Shown here piece after piece: positions 28,451 through 36,528 of a stretch of 64,000 nt of DNA. Made by a program: the position numbers and the translations under genes. Location: positions 6,193 through 70,192 of IMG/VR virus record IMGVR_UViG_3300046507_000526, one strand, 5' to 3'. Under the pieces are notes generated by a model. It worked only from the letters and a program-made list of their open reading frames with translations. It was not told the origin of the DNA and did no database searches. Every line of letters starts with the position of its first letter. Position 1 is the stretch's first letter. Source of the DNA: a virus. Lineage: Duplodnaviria; Heunggongvirae; Uroviricota; Caudoviricetes.

Positions 28451-29903
28451 GTACCTTGAAAAAATTGCCAAGAAGCAGCCTAAGGAAGATCTTCAACCGC
28501 ATCAAAACGATGCCTTGGATCATCTCGACAAAGAGAAAGGCGTTGTCCTTCATCACAGCCTTGGCAGTGGCAAGACAAAGACGTTCCTTAAGGCTGTACA
28601 ACGCTATCAGGAAGAGAACCCGAAGAAACGGGCTCTTGTTATTGCCCCAGCGAGCCTCGTTACTAACGTCGATAAAGAACTTCAGAAACATCACATCACG
28701 ATTGATAAAAATCGACTGGATGTAATGTCTTATGAAAAGGCTGTAAATGAAGCCCATCACCTTCGAAAGAATCACTACGCAATCGCAGTTGCGGATGAAG
28801 CCCACCGTCTCCGCAATACAAATACCAAACGTGTAAAAGAGCTTCGTGACATTATCAGCGGGGCTGACCATAGACTTCTCGCTACTGCTACTGGTAATTA
28901 CAATAAGCTTTCTGATATTTCGGCACTGGTTAACATAGCGGCTAACGATAATGTTCTTCCCGAAGATTCCAAGAAAATGGAAGACAAGTACACGAAGGAC
29001 GAAACGATTAAGCCTAGCTTCAAAAATAGATTGCTCGGTGCTAAACCTGAAGTAGTAAAAACCCTTGACCGTAAAAAAGAACTTCGAGACATTCTTCAAC
29101 AATATGTGAGCTTTTACGATAGCAAGGATGATCCGAAGGCTAGAGACCATTTCCCCGAAAAGCATGAGAAATTTGTAGATGTTGAGATGTCTCCAGAGCA
29201 GCTCCGTTACTACAAATATGCTGAAGGTAAAATTCCATTCTTGCTTAGAATGAAGATCCGTCACAATATGCCGCTCGATAAAAAAGAGAAGTCGAATCTC
29301 AATGCTTTCTCAACCGGTGTTAGACAGGTTTCTAACGGTCACAGGCATCTCGTTGCTGACGGTAAGGCCGAGTACTCACCAAAGATACAGAAGGCCGTGG
29401 CGAGCCTCCAGGATGGCTTAAAACTGGATAAGAACTTCAAGGCTCTAGTGTATTCCAATTACTTGGATGCGGGCCTTAAAGATTACTCCCGCAAACTTAA
29501 CGAGCTTAAGATTCCACACGCTTTATACGATGGATCATTGTCTCGCAAAGAGAAAGACGATCTTGTAAAAGCATACAACTCTGGGAAGACAAAGGTTCTT
29601 CTTATTTCTTCAGCGGGTTCAGAAGGTCTGGATAGTAAAGGCACTAAGAGAGTGCAGGTTCTTGAGCCTCACTTTAATAAAGCCAAGGTTGACCAGGTAG
29701 TTGGACGTGCCGTACGTTTTGGAAGTCATGACCATCTGCCGAAAGAAGAGCGTAAAGTAGAAGTAGAGCATTTCCGTAGCGTGCATCCAAAACCGTTGTG
29801 GGGCAAAGCTCCGTATAGTATCGACAGGTATCTTTCGGAGAATTCGGATACGAAGCAGGATCTGTTTGAAGAAGTCAAAGGACTGATGAAGAAAGATGAT
29901 TAA
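28443..29903 (+). CDS. Tagged SF2 helicase/ATPase (SNF2-related, NPH-I/D6-D11-like)
   Basis: MNKYLEKIA; HSLGSGKT, DEAH, TATG, SSAGSEGLD, QVVGRAVRFGSH. Confidence 0.85.
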   Translation: MNKYLEKIAKKQPKEDLQPHQNDALDHLDKEKGVVLHHSLGSGKTKTFLKAVQRYQEENPKKRALVIAPASLVTNVDKELQKHHITIDKNRLDVMSYEKAVNEAHHLRKNHYAIAVADEAHRLRNTNTKRVKELRDIISGADHRLLATATGNYNKLSDISALVNIAANDNVLPEDSKKMEDKYTKDETIKPSFKNRLLGAKPEVVKTLDRKKELRDILQQYVSFYDSKDDPKARDHFPEKHEKFVDVEMSPEQLRYYKYAEGKIPFLLRMKIRHNMPLDKKEKSNLNAFSTGVRQVSNGHRHLVADGKAEYSPKIQKAVASLQDGLKLDKNFKALVYSNYLDAGLKDYSRKLNELKIPHALYDGSLSRKEKDDLVKAYNSGKTKVLLISSAGSEGLDSKGTKRVQVLEPHFNKAKVDQVVGRAVRFGSHDHLPKEERKVEVEHFRSVHPKPLWGKAPYSIDRYLSENSDTKQDLFEEVKGLMKKDD

Positions 29904-31272
29904 TAAATACCTTGAAAAGATCGCAGTACAGCTTAAAGAACCTGCCAGCCCAGAAGGGTTAGGATTTGACCTGTCCAAAGGTGATGAAAAAGAGCTATAT
30001 AAATGGCTTACAGCTGTTACTCTTTTTTCAAGGCCTATTCAACGCTCGGTAGCTACGATGGCTGCAAAGCATATGGCTGATAAAGGTTTCCATTCTCCAG
30101 AAGCTGTAGAATCTGCAGGATGGGAGACTCTTAGAGATAATCTCGTACAAGGTCATTATGCTCGGTTCGATGAGTCAACTGCTACGACTATGCTCGCCCA
30201 GGCTAAGCATTTGAAAGAGAAGTATGGAACTCTCGGCAACATGATCGCCAGTCGAACCCCTGAAGAAATTCGTGCCGAGATTCAGACATTCAGAGGTATC
30301 GGTCCCCTCGGCAGTCAGTTATTTCTCAATGGCGTAGTCCCTCATCTCGATGTATACAAAAATAAATACCTTCAAAAAGCGGCTTTCATCGAAGACTACG
30401 TTAGACATAAATATGTAGAGAAAGACTGGACTCAGCTCGAACACCCCGTTGCATCAAAGAAATGGGATGGCGCTCACTTTGTCGCTGATATTATGCCGGA
30501 TGGTAAAATCCGTTTCTTTTCCCGTAGACCAAGTGTAAGAGGTGGCTATCCGGAACGTACAGATCAGTTACCTCATATTACTTCAAAGCTAATTCCCGAG
30601 TATGCAGGTAATAGATTTGCCGTTGAACTTGTCCATACTGGAAAGGAAAAAACAGAGAAGGAATCTCACCCTACTGTTTCAGGTATCCTCAATTCAAAAA
30701 CGGAACGTTCAATTGCTACTCAAGAAGAGAAAGGCCCAGTTAGGGCAGTTCTTATTGACGTTAAAAAACCGGAACTGCCGACATATAAAGATAAGATTGA
30801 GTATCTCCAAGGCTTTGAAAAAGACTTTGGAAATAGCAATGTATTGTTCGCACCTCATCTTGAGCATGGCGTTGAGAACATCAATAAGTATCTTGACAAG
30901 ATTAAATCACTAGGTGGAGAAGGCCTGATCGTTGCGGATTATGAAAGTCCTGAAAATGAGTCTGTACGATATAAGGTCAAGAACTTCAACACTTATAATC
31001 TCAAGGTTGTTGGATTCCAGCAGGAAATCGACATACATGGCAATCCGAAAGATAGCATGGGTGCACTATTGTTAGAAGATGCTACTGGAAGAATGGTTGG
31101 AAAGGTTGGAACTGGGTTTGACCGTGCTACCAGAATAGATGCATGGAAGAATCCAGAGAAATGGAGAAACAGATTAATTCAGATAAGAGCGTATCCACCT
31201 AGCGTACCTGGAGGCCAAGTAAGATTTCCTATCTATAATGGCTATGCAGATGGTGAAATAGACACGGTTTAA
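29896..31272 (+). CDS. Tagged fusion: HhH/endonuclease III-like domain plus ATP-dependent DNA ligase
   Basis: MINKYLEKIA; FRGIGP HhH motif; second tag NKYLQKAA at aa 156; KKWDG, EGLIV, YKVK, GKVGTGF, RFP ligase motifs. Confidence 0.85.
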   Translation: MINKYLEKIAVQLKEPASPEGLGFDLSKGDEKELYKWLTAVTLFSRPIQRSVATMAAKHMADKGFHSPEAVESAGWETLRDNLVQGHYARFDESTATTMLAQAKHLKEKYGTLGNMIASRTPEEIRAEIQTFRGIGPLGSQLFLNGVVPHLDVYKNKYLQKAAFIEDYVRHKYVEKDWTQLEHPVASKKWDGAHFVADIMPDGKIRFFSRRPSVRGGYPERTDQLPHITSKLIPEYAGNRFAVELVHTGKEKTEKESHPTVSGILNSKTERSIATQEEKGPVRAVLIDVKKPELPTYKDKIEYLQGFEKDFGNSNVLFAPHLEHGVENINKYLDKIKSLGGEGLIVADYESPENESVRYKVKNFNTYNLKVVGFQQEIDIHGNPKDSMGALLLEDATGRMVGKVGTGFDRATRIDAWKNPEKWRNRLIQIRAYPPSVPGGQVRFPIYNGYADGEIDTV

Positions 31273-31288
31273 TATTGACCCTTCGATT

Positions 31289-31297
31289 TGGTATAAG
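31289..31297 (+). promoter_or_regulatory. TGGTATAAG promoter
   Basis: Exact motif upstream of 31370. Confidence 0.75.
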
Positions 31298-31369
31298 AAA
31301 AATGTAAGGAGATACCCTTTACTTCTTACATTCATTCTAATTATACTTTTTTCAAGAAGGACCAACTAA

Positions 31370-32149
31370 ATGTCAACCTCTATTGCCAAGCAACAGATCA
31401 TGAAGGCTCGTCAGCCGAAGGTGGTTAATGTGGAAAGTCTGATTTATGCTACTAACTCTGATGCAGTTTACCAGCTCATCAAGAAGTATGCAGGTGGACT
31501 TTCCAGATCTGACCTATGCACCGCACTTGTTCACAGCAAGTCGGACCTTAAGGAACACAGCGTGGATAACGCTTTGCTGCACCTTAAGAACAACGGCTTT
31601 ATTCGCGGGGAAGTAGGCAAAGATCGTGATGGTACGACCGTCTACTTCATCAACGAAGATAAGGAGTACAGGCCTCGCTCCAACAAAGTTGCACGGAAAA
31701 TAGCACCGAACGATAAGAAAGCTCAAAAGGCTGTTCGGCGTATGACTCGTGTGAAGGCAGTAGACCTCACCGAGGAACAGCAAGGTAACCTGCCTTTGGA
31801 GAATGCGAATGGCTCATCTGAAGCCCCTTCCGCACAGGCCAAGAAGAAGCCTGTTCAATCTCAAGATGCGAACCTTAAGGTCACGAAAAAGGCTGAGGGG
31901 AAATCTGGAGGTTTTGAATTCATTCAAGGGATGGCAGCGTTGGATCCGAGCAGCCCGCACTTTGGAGAGACGGCGCTTGACCTTGCTCAAAAGACGGGTC
32001 AGGTAGTAGAAATCCCGGAACCTACGGGCCCGGTAAAGCCTATCGCTTCGATGTTCTTTGAACTAGATGGAGGTCAATCGGTGGTTCTGTCCCCCGCCAG
32101 AGCTTACCAGTTGTATCTCGAACTCCACGCTGCATTTGGTAAGAAATAA
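31370..32149 (+). CDS. Winged-helix DNA-binding protein (probable)
   Basis: VYQLIKK..GLSRSDL..SVDNALLHLKNNGFI plus wing; basic linker. Confidence 0.55.
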   Translation: MSTSIAKQQIMKARQPKVVNVESLIYATNSDAVYQLIKKYAGGLSRSDLCTALVHSKSDLKEHSVDNALLHLKNNGFIRGEVGKDRDGTTVYFINEDKEYRPRSNKVARKIAPNDKKAQKAVRRMTRVKAVDLTEEQQGNLPLENANGSSEAPSAQAKKKPVQSQDANLKVTKKAEGKSGGFEFIQGMAALDPSSPHFGETALDLAQKTGQVVEIPEPTGPVKPIASMFFELDGGQSVVLSPARAYQLYLELHAAFGKK

Positions 32150-32246
32150 GTTGGCTCTTGAACGGCGGAGACGTATCATATTCTCTGCGACCGGCTCTGC
32201 CGTTCGAGGAGGTTGAGGAAGGGGTTCCTCCCCTCTTCCTCTTTTT

Positions 32247-33413
32247 TTACGCTTCGATTTTGATCGGCGTATTATCGTTGATTTCTCCACGCTCAAGAGC
32301 AGATAGTACTTCAGCTTCTGATTTGAATACACGAGGAGCTTGGGTCATGTCAGGCTCAGTCAAGGCCATAGATCCGATAACAGCTTCGTGTCCAGGAGCC
32401 ACCATTGATGCTCCCTGTCCTTTACGATAATCGTAAATGTGTTGTTGCGGCAATAGCTTCTTTTTAGCCTCTTCAACTGCCTCTGGCGTCATCGGTACAT
32501 GCAGTGTTAAAGCATCTCCGTCAAAGTCGCCTGCGTACATAGGAAGATGCAACGGATTAATACCTAGCGTCTTACCTTCAATAGGGACGGGGAAGTGAGC
32601 CGTGATGTTGGTACGCATAAGCGTTGGAGCACGGTTAAGGATAACCGGAATTTGCTTGATAACCTTGTTAAAGCTATTCGTTGCAGATACGTCTCTATTC
32701 GCTACAGCCTTACGAGCGGCCATCATATCGTATCCGTTACGGACAAGATCCCGAATGATATGGAACTCGTACATCGTCCAAAGCATGTCCTTCGGAGCAG
32801 CTACCTCATTGAAACCTAGATTAGGCTCAGCGTAAATCGTTGCACGTCCAGAGAAATCCTGTTTCTTCTTCAAAAGCTTATTGTGAAAAAAGCCGCCTTT
32901 AGGACCAGTATCTCCTGCAATTTGCTGGATGTAGCCCTTCAGATCTTTCCCACGTGCGCCGCCAGAAACTGCATCCCCAAGACCGAACACTGCTTTAAGA
33001 CCGTTATATGAATCCTTGCGCTCATTAACAAGCATGTCATGAGGCAGAAATTCAAGGTTGTCTTTAAGCCCATTGTTAATCAGCATATGGTCTCGGTATA
33101 GAGTATTCACATCGGCGAACTCGATACGGTTCCCTCCCATAGGAATACTGGGCCTTACTAACGGAGGAGTAACAGGCACATTGTGTAAGATATACGCATT
33201 TTCAGGACGTAGATCCATTTTCTGAAGCCCAGCAAGATATTTGATCTTCTTGATAATAGCATCACGCTTAGAAGGAGATTTCGTATCTTTGATTTCAGCT
33301 TTCAAAGCTTTAATCTGTGTATCTACATCAATTGTAGAAAGCATTTTATGAATTGCATCTCCTGAAACGGAGAGGCTATCTGTATCTACGCTGAGTTTTG
33401 TATTGTTATCCAT
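32247..33413 (-). CDS. rpoC: RNA polymerase beta' subunit, catalytic middle fragment
   Basis: VPVTPPLVRP, LLKKKQDFSGRATI, VILNRAPTL, YAGDFDGDALTLHVP (catalytic DxDGD). Confidence 0.92.
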   Translation of the reverse strand: MDNNTKLSVDTDSLSVSGDAIHKMLSTIDVDTQIKALKAEIKDTKSPSKRDAIIKKIKYLAGLQKMDLRPENAYILHNVPVTPPLVRPSIPMGGNRIEFADVNTLYRDHMLINNGLKDNLEFLPHDMLVNERKDSYNGLKAVFGLGDAVSGGARGKDLKGYIQQIAGDTGPKGGFFHNKLLKKKQDFSGRATIYAEPNLGFNEVAAPKDMLWTMYEFHIIRDLVRNGYDMMAARKAVANRDVSATNSFNKVIKQIPVILNRAPTLMRTNITAHFPVPIEGKTLGINPLHLPMYAGDFDGDALTLHVPMTPEAVEEAKKKLLPQQHIYDYRKGQGASMVAPGHEAVIGSMALTEPDMTQAPRVFKSEAEVLSALERGEINDNTPIKIEA

Positions 33414-33425
33414 GTTCTATGTTTG

Positions 33426-34211
33426 TTACCTGATATATGCAAAAGTTCGTCTTTTTACTCGTTTAGGATTATAGCTTATCCTGATCTGGCCACCCGCACC
33501 GTTACCGCCCGCTGATGAGCCCCAGCCGCCGCCGCCACCGCCACCTCCTGGAAAACCGCCATCTCCACCAAAGGGTCCGCTACCATTACCTACAGAACCA
33601 CCGCCACCACCGCCACCATTTGCGTTTGCAGTCCCAACAACACCGCTACCTCCGTTGCTACTGCTGCCGCCAGCTCCCCCAGTACCGCCTTTACTGTTAT
33701 CGCCAGAACCCCCATTACCTCCAACGCTCGAAGTAAACGTACTTCCGGCTACACCTGGTCCGTCTGGACCTGCAGAACCCCCTCCTCCACCGCCAGCTTG
33801 ATTGGTATTATCTGTACCGACACCACCGCTCCCGCCTGCGTATTTTATAGTTCCAACTGTGCCTGTTGTTGCCCCACCGGCACCTGGTGTTGCAGAGTTT
33901 GTGCCAGAACCGCCCTTTGCGCTACACGTACAACTTCCAATAACTGATCCGTTGAAAATTGTCGCTCCACCATCGGTGCCAGTACCGTTGCCACCGCCAT
34001 TACCGAGAATGTAGGGAATAGTTCCGCTAATATTTACGTTTGAAACACTCGAATATGCACCTCCTCCAGCTCCTCCGCCAGAAGCCGGGGGTCCACTTCC
34101 AGATGCACCTCCTGCGCCAAAACACTCTATAAGGTTATCAGAGGGGTTGAAATCTGAAGGCACAGAAAATGATGTGCCAGATACCAATAGAATTACTTTA
34201 GAATAAGCCAC
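33426..34211 (-). CDS. Glycine-rich fibre/virion protein
   Basis: Long GGxGG repeats typical of receptor-binding and fibre tips. Confidence 0.65.
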   Translation of the reverse strand: MAYSKVILLVSGTSFSVPSDFNPSDNLIECFGAGGASGSGPPASGGGAGGGAYSSVSNVNISGTIPYILGNGGGNGTGTDGGATIFNGSVIGSCTCSAKGGSGTNSATPGAGGATTGTVGTIKYAGGSGGVGTDNTNQAGGGGGGSAGPDGPGVAGSTFTSSVGGNGGSGDNSKGGTGGAGGSSSNGGSGVVGTANANGGGGGGGSVGNGSGPFGGDGGFPGGGGGGGGWGSSAGGNGAGGQIRISYNPKRVKRRTFAYIR

Positions 34212-34223
34212 TGTTTAACCTAG

Positions 34224-34748
34224 TTAAGGACGTGTACCCATAAGGTAAAATCTTGTTCCAGCTAACGTAGTATCTGCTGTCGCTGGACCTACTATTTCAA
34301 AAATGTCGCCAACTGAGAAAGTTACTGGTGAAGAGAAAGTAAGAGTGGCTACAGTTCCAGAAGCTGCGAAAACGGCAGTGCCGATAGAGGTCCCATTTTT
34401 AGTAAATGTAATTGTGGTCGAAGCCGTCGCTGCAGTCTTTGCATCAACGAGACTTCCTGTTAAACCGGTAGGTAATGTGAAGCTACGTCTTACATTCATG
34501 GAAAATACAGTTTCTGCATTACTCCATGTACCTTCTACGAATACGGGGATATCAAAAATTCCGGCTACTGTGATCGTAACATCGCCTGTACCGGAATCGG
34601 CTCCTGTGCTAGAAATACTCGTAGTTGTAGTATTGCCTACAAGTATTTTGGTAATGATGGCGCTACCCGCCGTAGACGTATTAATATCCGCTCGTACTAT
34701 CGTTCCGCTTGCGCCTTGCTCGCCGAGGTTAAGCTGCGTTCGTGCCAT
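34224..34748 (-). CDS. Virion fibre/decoration protein
   Basis: T/S/G-rich with a C-terminal beta-sandwich. Confidence 0.55.
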   Translation of the reverse strand: MARTQLNLGEQGASGTIVRADINTSTAGSAIITKILVGNTTTTSISSTGADSGTGDVTITVAGIFDIPVFVEGTWSNAETVFSMNVRRSFTLPTGLTGSLVDAKTAATASTTITFTKNGTSIGTAVFAASGTVATLTFSSPVTFSVGDIFEIVGPATADTTLAGTRFYLMGTRP

Positions 34749-34994
34749 TTATATTCTCTTTTTTCGCTGAGGCTGAACCACCTCTTTTAGCTCTGTATTA
34801 GCCTGCTCTAATTTTAGGATTCTTTCCTTGAGGTGAGATATCAATTCAGCGTCCTGCAAGACCTTCGCAGCCAGCCGTTCTTTCTGAATTTCAAGTAACC
34901 ACATATTAGAATATAAAACACCCAGCTCGTTTTGAATTTTCCCGAGCCAGGCGTCCTGTTCTGGTACTGTATTTTTTAGATCAATCATTTCCAA
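34749..34994 (-). CDS. Small coiled-coil protein (fibre assembly chaperone-like)
   Basis: Heptad pattern, located between fibre genes. Confidence 0.4.
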   Translation of the reverse strand: MEMIDLKNTVPEQDAWLGKIQNELGVLYSNMWLLEIQKERLAAKVLQDAELISHLKERILKLEQANTELKEVVQPQRKKRI

Positions 34995-36082
34995 TAGTAT
35001 GCTCTTAGCTTATCTCCACTCAATGGAGCGAACAGCATAGTTATAGCTGCTCCGCTAACAGTATAATCGTTTCCTGCGCCGGGTTCAAGCAGCTGACCGT
35101 TCAGGAAAAGCTCAAGCGATGAAACCTGAGGGGTATTGGCAAGTGAAAATGCTGTGTTTGAGCCATTAATAGTTCCGCTCGGAGTTTCGTTGTTTACCAT
35201 GTTCCCGTATTTCAGGAAGCCAGTACCAGCCGTGTTATTGACTGCGAATACCCCTGCGTTTGAAACTGTTACATCCCCGCTTGCACTTACCCATGCAGCC
35301 TGGTTAGAAGCGTTGGATACGATAAGTTGAGCTGCAGAACTAGAGTTAGTAATACCTACTCCACCCGCAGCAACAGTAAGCAAGCCGCCTGTAGCTGGAG
35401 TAATAGTTACATTATTCGAACCATCAAATGCCATGCCGTTACCAAGCTTAACCGCAAAAGTGGTTCCTGTAAGCGAAATACCCTGGCCATTAGTGTATGA
35501 AGTTCCTGACGTGTCTTGAGCCCATGTCGTAGTAGTTGTATCCACGGTTATAGCTCCAATATTAGAGCAATACCATTTGCTGTTCTTATACGTAGTGCCA
35601 TCAGGATCGACGAGAACGTATGCTCCTTCCTTTTGTGAACTTGCAGCAGCCCAGTCTGAGGGTCTGGTCCAGGAACCTGACTGAACCGTCCATAGACCAT
35701 TCTGTGCACCTGTAGTCTGACCAGTAAGAAGTACACGATCACTAACTGCCAGAGCTACACCATCTATGGTTTGGGTTCCTGACAGAGTTACGTTAGAAGA
35801 ACCGAGTGCCTTAACCGCATTTTTGAAACTTAGGCCATTGGCCAAGGCGTCGACGTAAGACTTTGTTGCACTATCAGTTCCGTTTACAGGAGTACCGAGA
35901 TTTGTGATTGTGAATCCACCCATACTAAGGGAAGCAGCCATTGCGACTGATCCAGTAGAACGGATAAACGAAGCGCCATCTTGTAATTGAGATGTCGGCA
36001 ATGCGAGTCCAGATACCAGCGCAGAAGCTGGAATGCTTTGTGCCATTATCTGGGTTGAACCGCGAATTAGAGATTGGGCCAT
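34985..36082 (-). CDS. Head/tail fibre protein
   Basis: DSATKSYVD motif, DRVLLTGQT..NGLW, C-terminal LFLNGQLL..DYTV..GDKL beta domain; promoter 36143..36149. Confidence 0.65.
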   Translation of the reverse strand: MAQSLIRGSTQIMAQSIPASALVSGLALPTSQLQDGASFIRSTGSVAMAASLSMGGFTITNLGTPVNGTDSATKSYVDALANGLSFKNAVKALGSSNVTLSGTQTIDGVALAVSDRVLLTGQTTGAQNGLWTVQSGSWTRPSDWAAASSQKEGAYVLVDPDGTTYKNSKWYCSNIGAITVDTTTTTWAQDTSGTSYTNGQGISLTGTTFAVKLGNGMAFDGSNNVTITPATGGLLTVAAGGVGITNSSSAAQLIVSNASNQAAWVSASGDVTVSNAGVFAVNNTAGTGFLKYGNMVNNETPSGTINGSNTAFSLANTPQVSSLELFLNGQLLEPGAGNDYTVSGAAITMLFAPLSGDKLRAYYWK

Positions 36083-36163
36083 TTAGGCTTTCCTTTATTA
36101 TTGAAAGAAAGGCCTTAAATAAGCCAGGCCTTAGCTATTGGTTATTTTAGAATCTGCAACAAA

Positions 36164-36526
36164 TTATTTCAGATATACGAATATTATGGTATCTCCCGTC
36201 ATCAGATTTAGCTCTTCATGCAATGTCAAAGACGAAGTATTTATAGTATATGAACTCTTATGTTGTATAAATCCATTTACAAATAACATTGAACTTGTAC
36301 CTATCGTATCTCCTACAGATAGGATTTGAGCCCCACCTGTAGTAAGAGTCTGTTCAAACTGAATTAAAGACGACGCTCCAGAAGACGTCGGAGCAGGAGT
36401 AGCGGATGGAACTACTACCGGAGTAGAAGGGTTTTGAAGTATTACCTCTGGCCCTTCTATACAAGGACTGTCTACTATATCGGAAATATCCGACAGGCCT
36501 CTTATAAACCGGTTAGGGTTTTGCAT
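36164..36526 (-). CDS. Small virion protein sharing the LFVNG..GD beta domain
   Basis: MLFVNGFIQHKSSYTI..GDTIIFVY parallels the C-terminus of 34985. Confidence 0.5.
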   Translation of the reverse strand: MQNPNRFIRGLSDISDIVDSPCIEGPEVILQNPSTPVVVPSATPAPTSSGASSLIQFEQTLTTGGAQILSVGDTIGTSSMLFVNGFIQHKSSYTINTSSLTLHEELNLMTGDTIIFVYLK

Positions 36527-36528
36527 TC

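Noticed and set aside
28365-29264. 299-aa minus-strand ORF
   Set aside because: Shadow of the helicase; Phe/Ile-rich with no motifs
30877-30906. NINKYLDKIK inside the ligase as a third tag
   Set aside because: Lies in the helix just before ligase motif IV (EGLIV) and lacks the terminal Ala; cleavage there would destroy the enzyme, so probably coincidental
33414-36528. Intron or intein explanation for the RNAP beta' split
   Set aside because: The intervening DNA is filled with ordinary fibre genes with their own promoter; no intron core or intein motifs recognised; each fragment has its own start and stop
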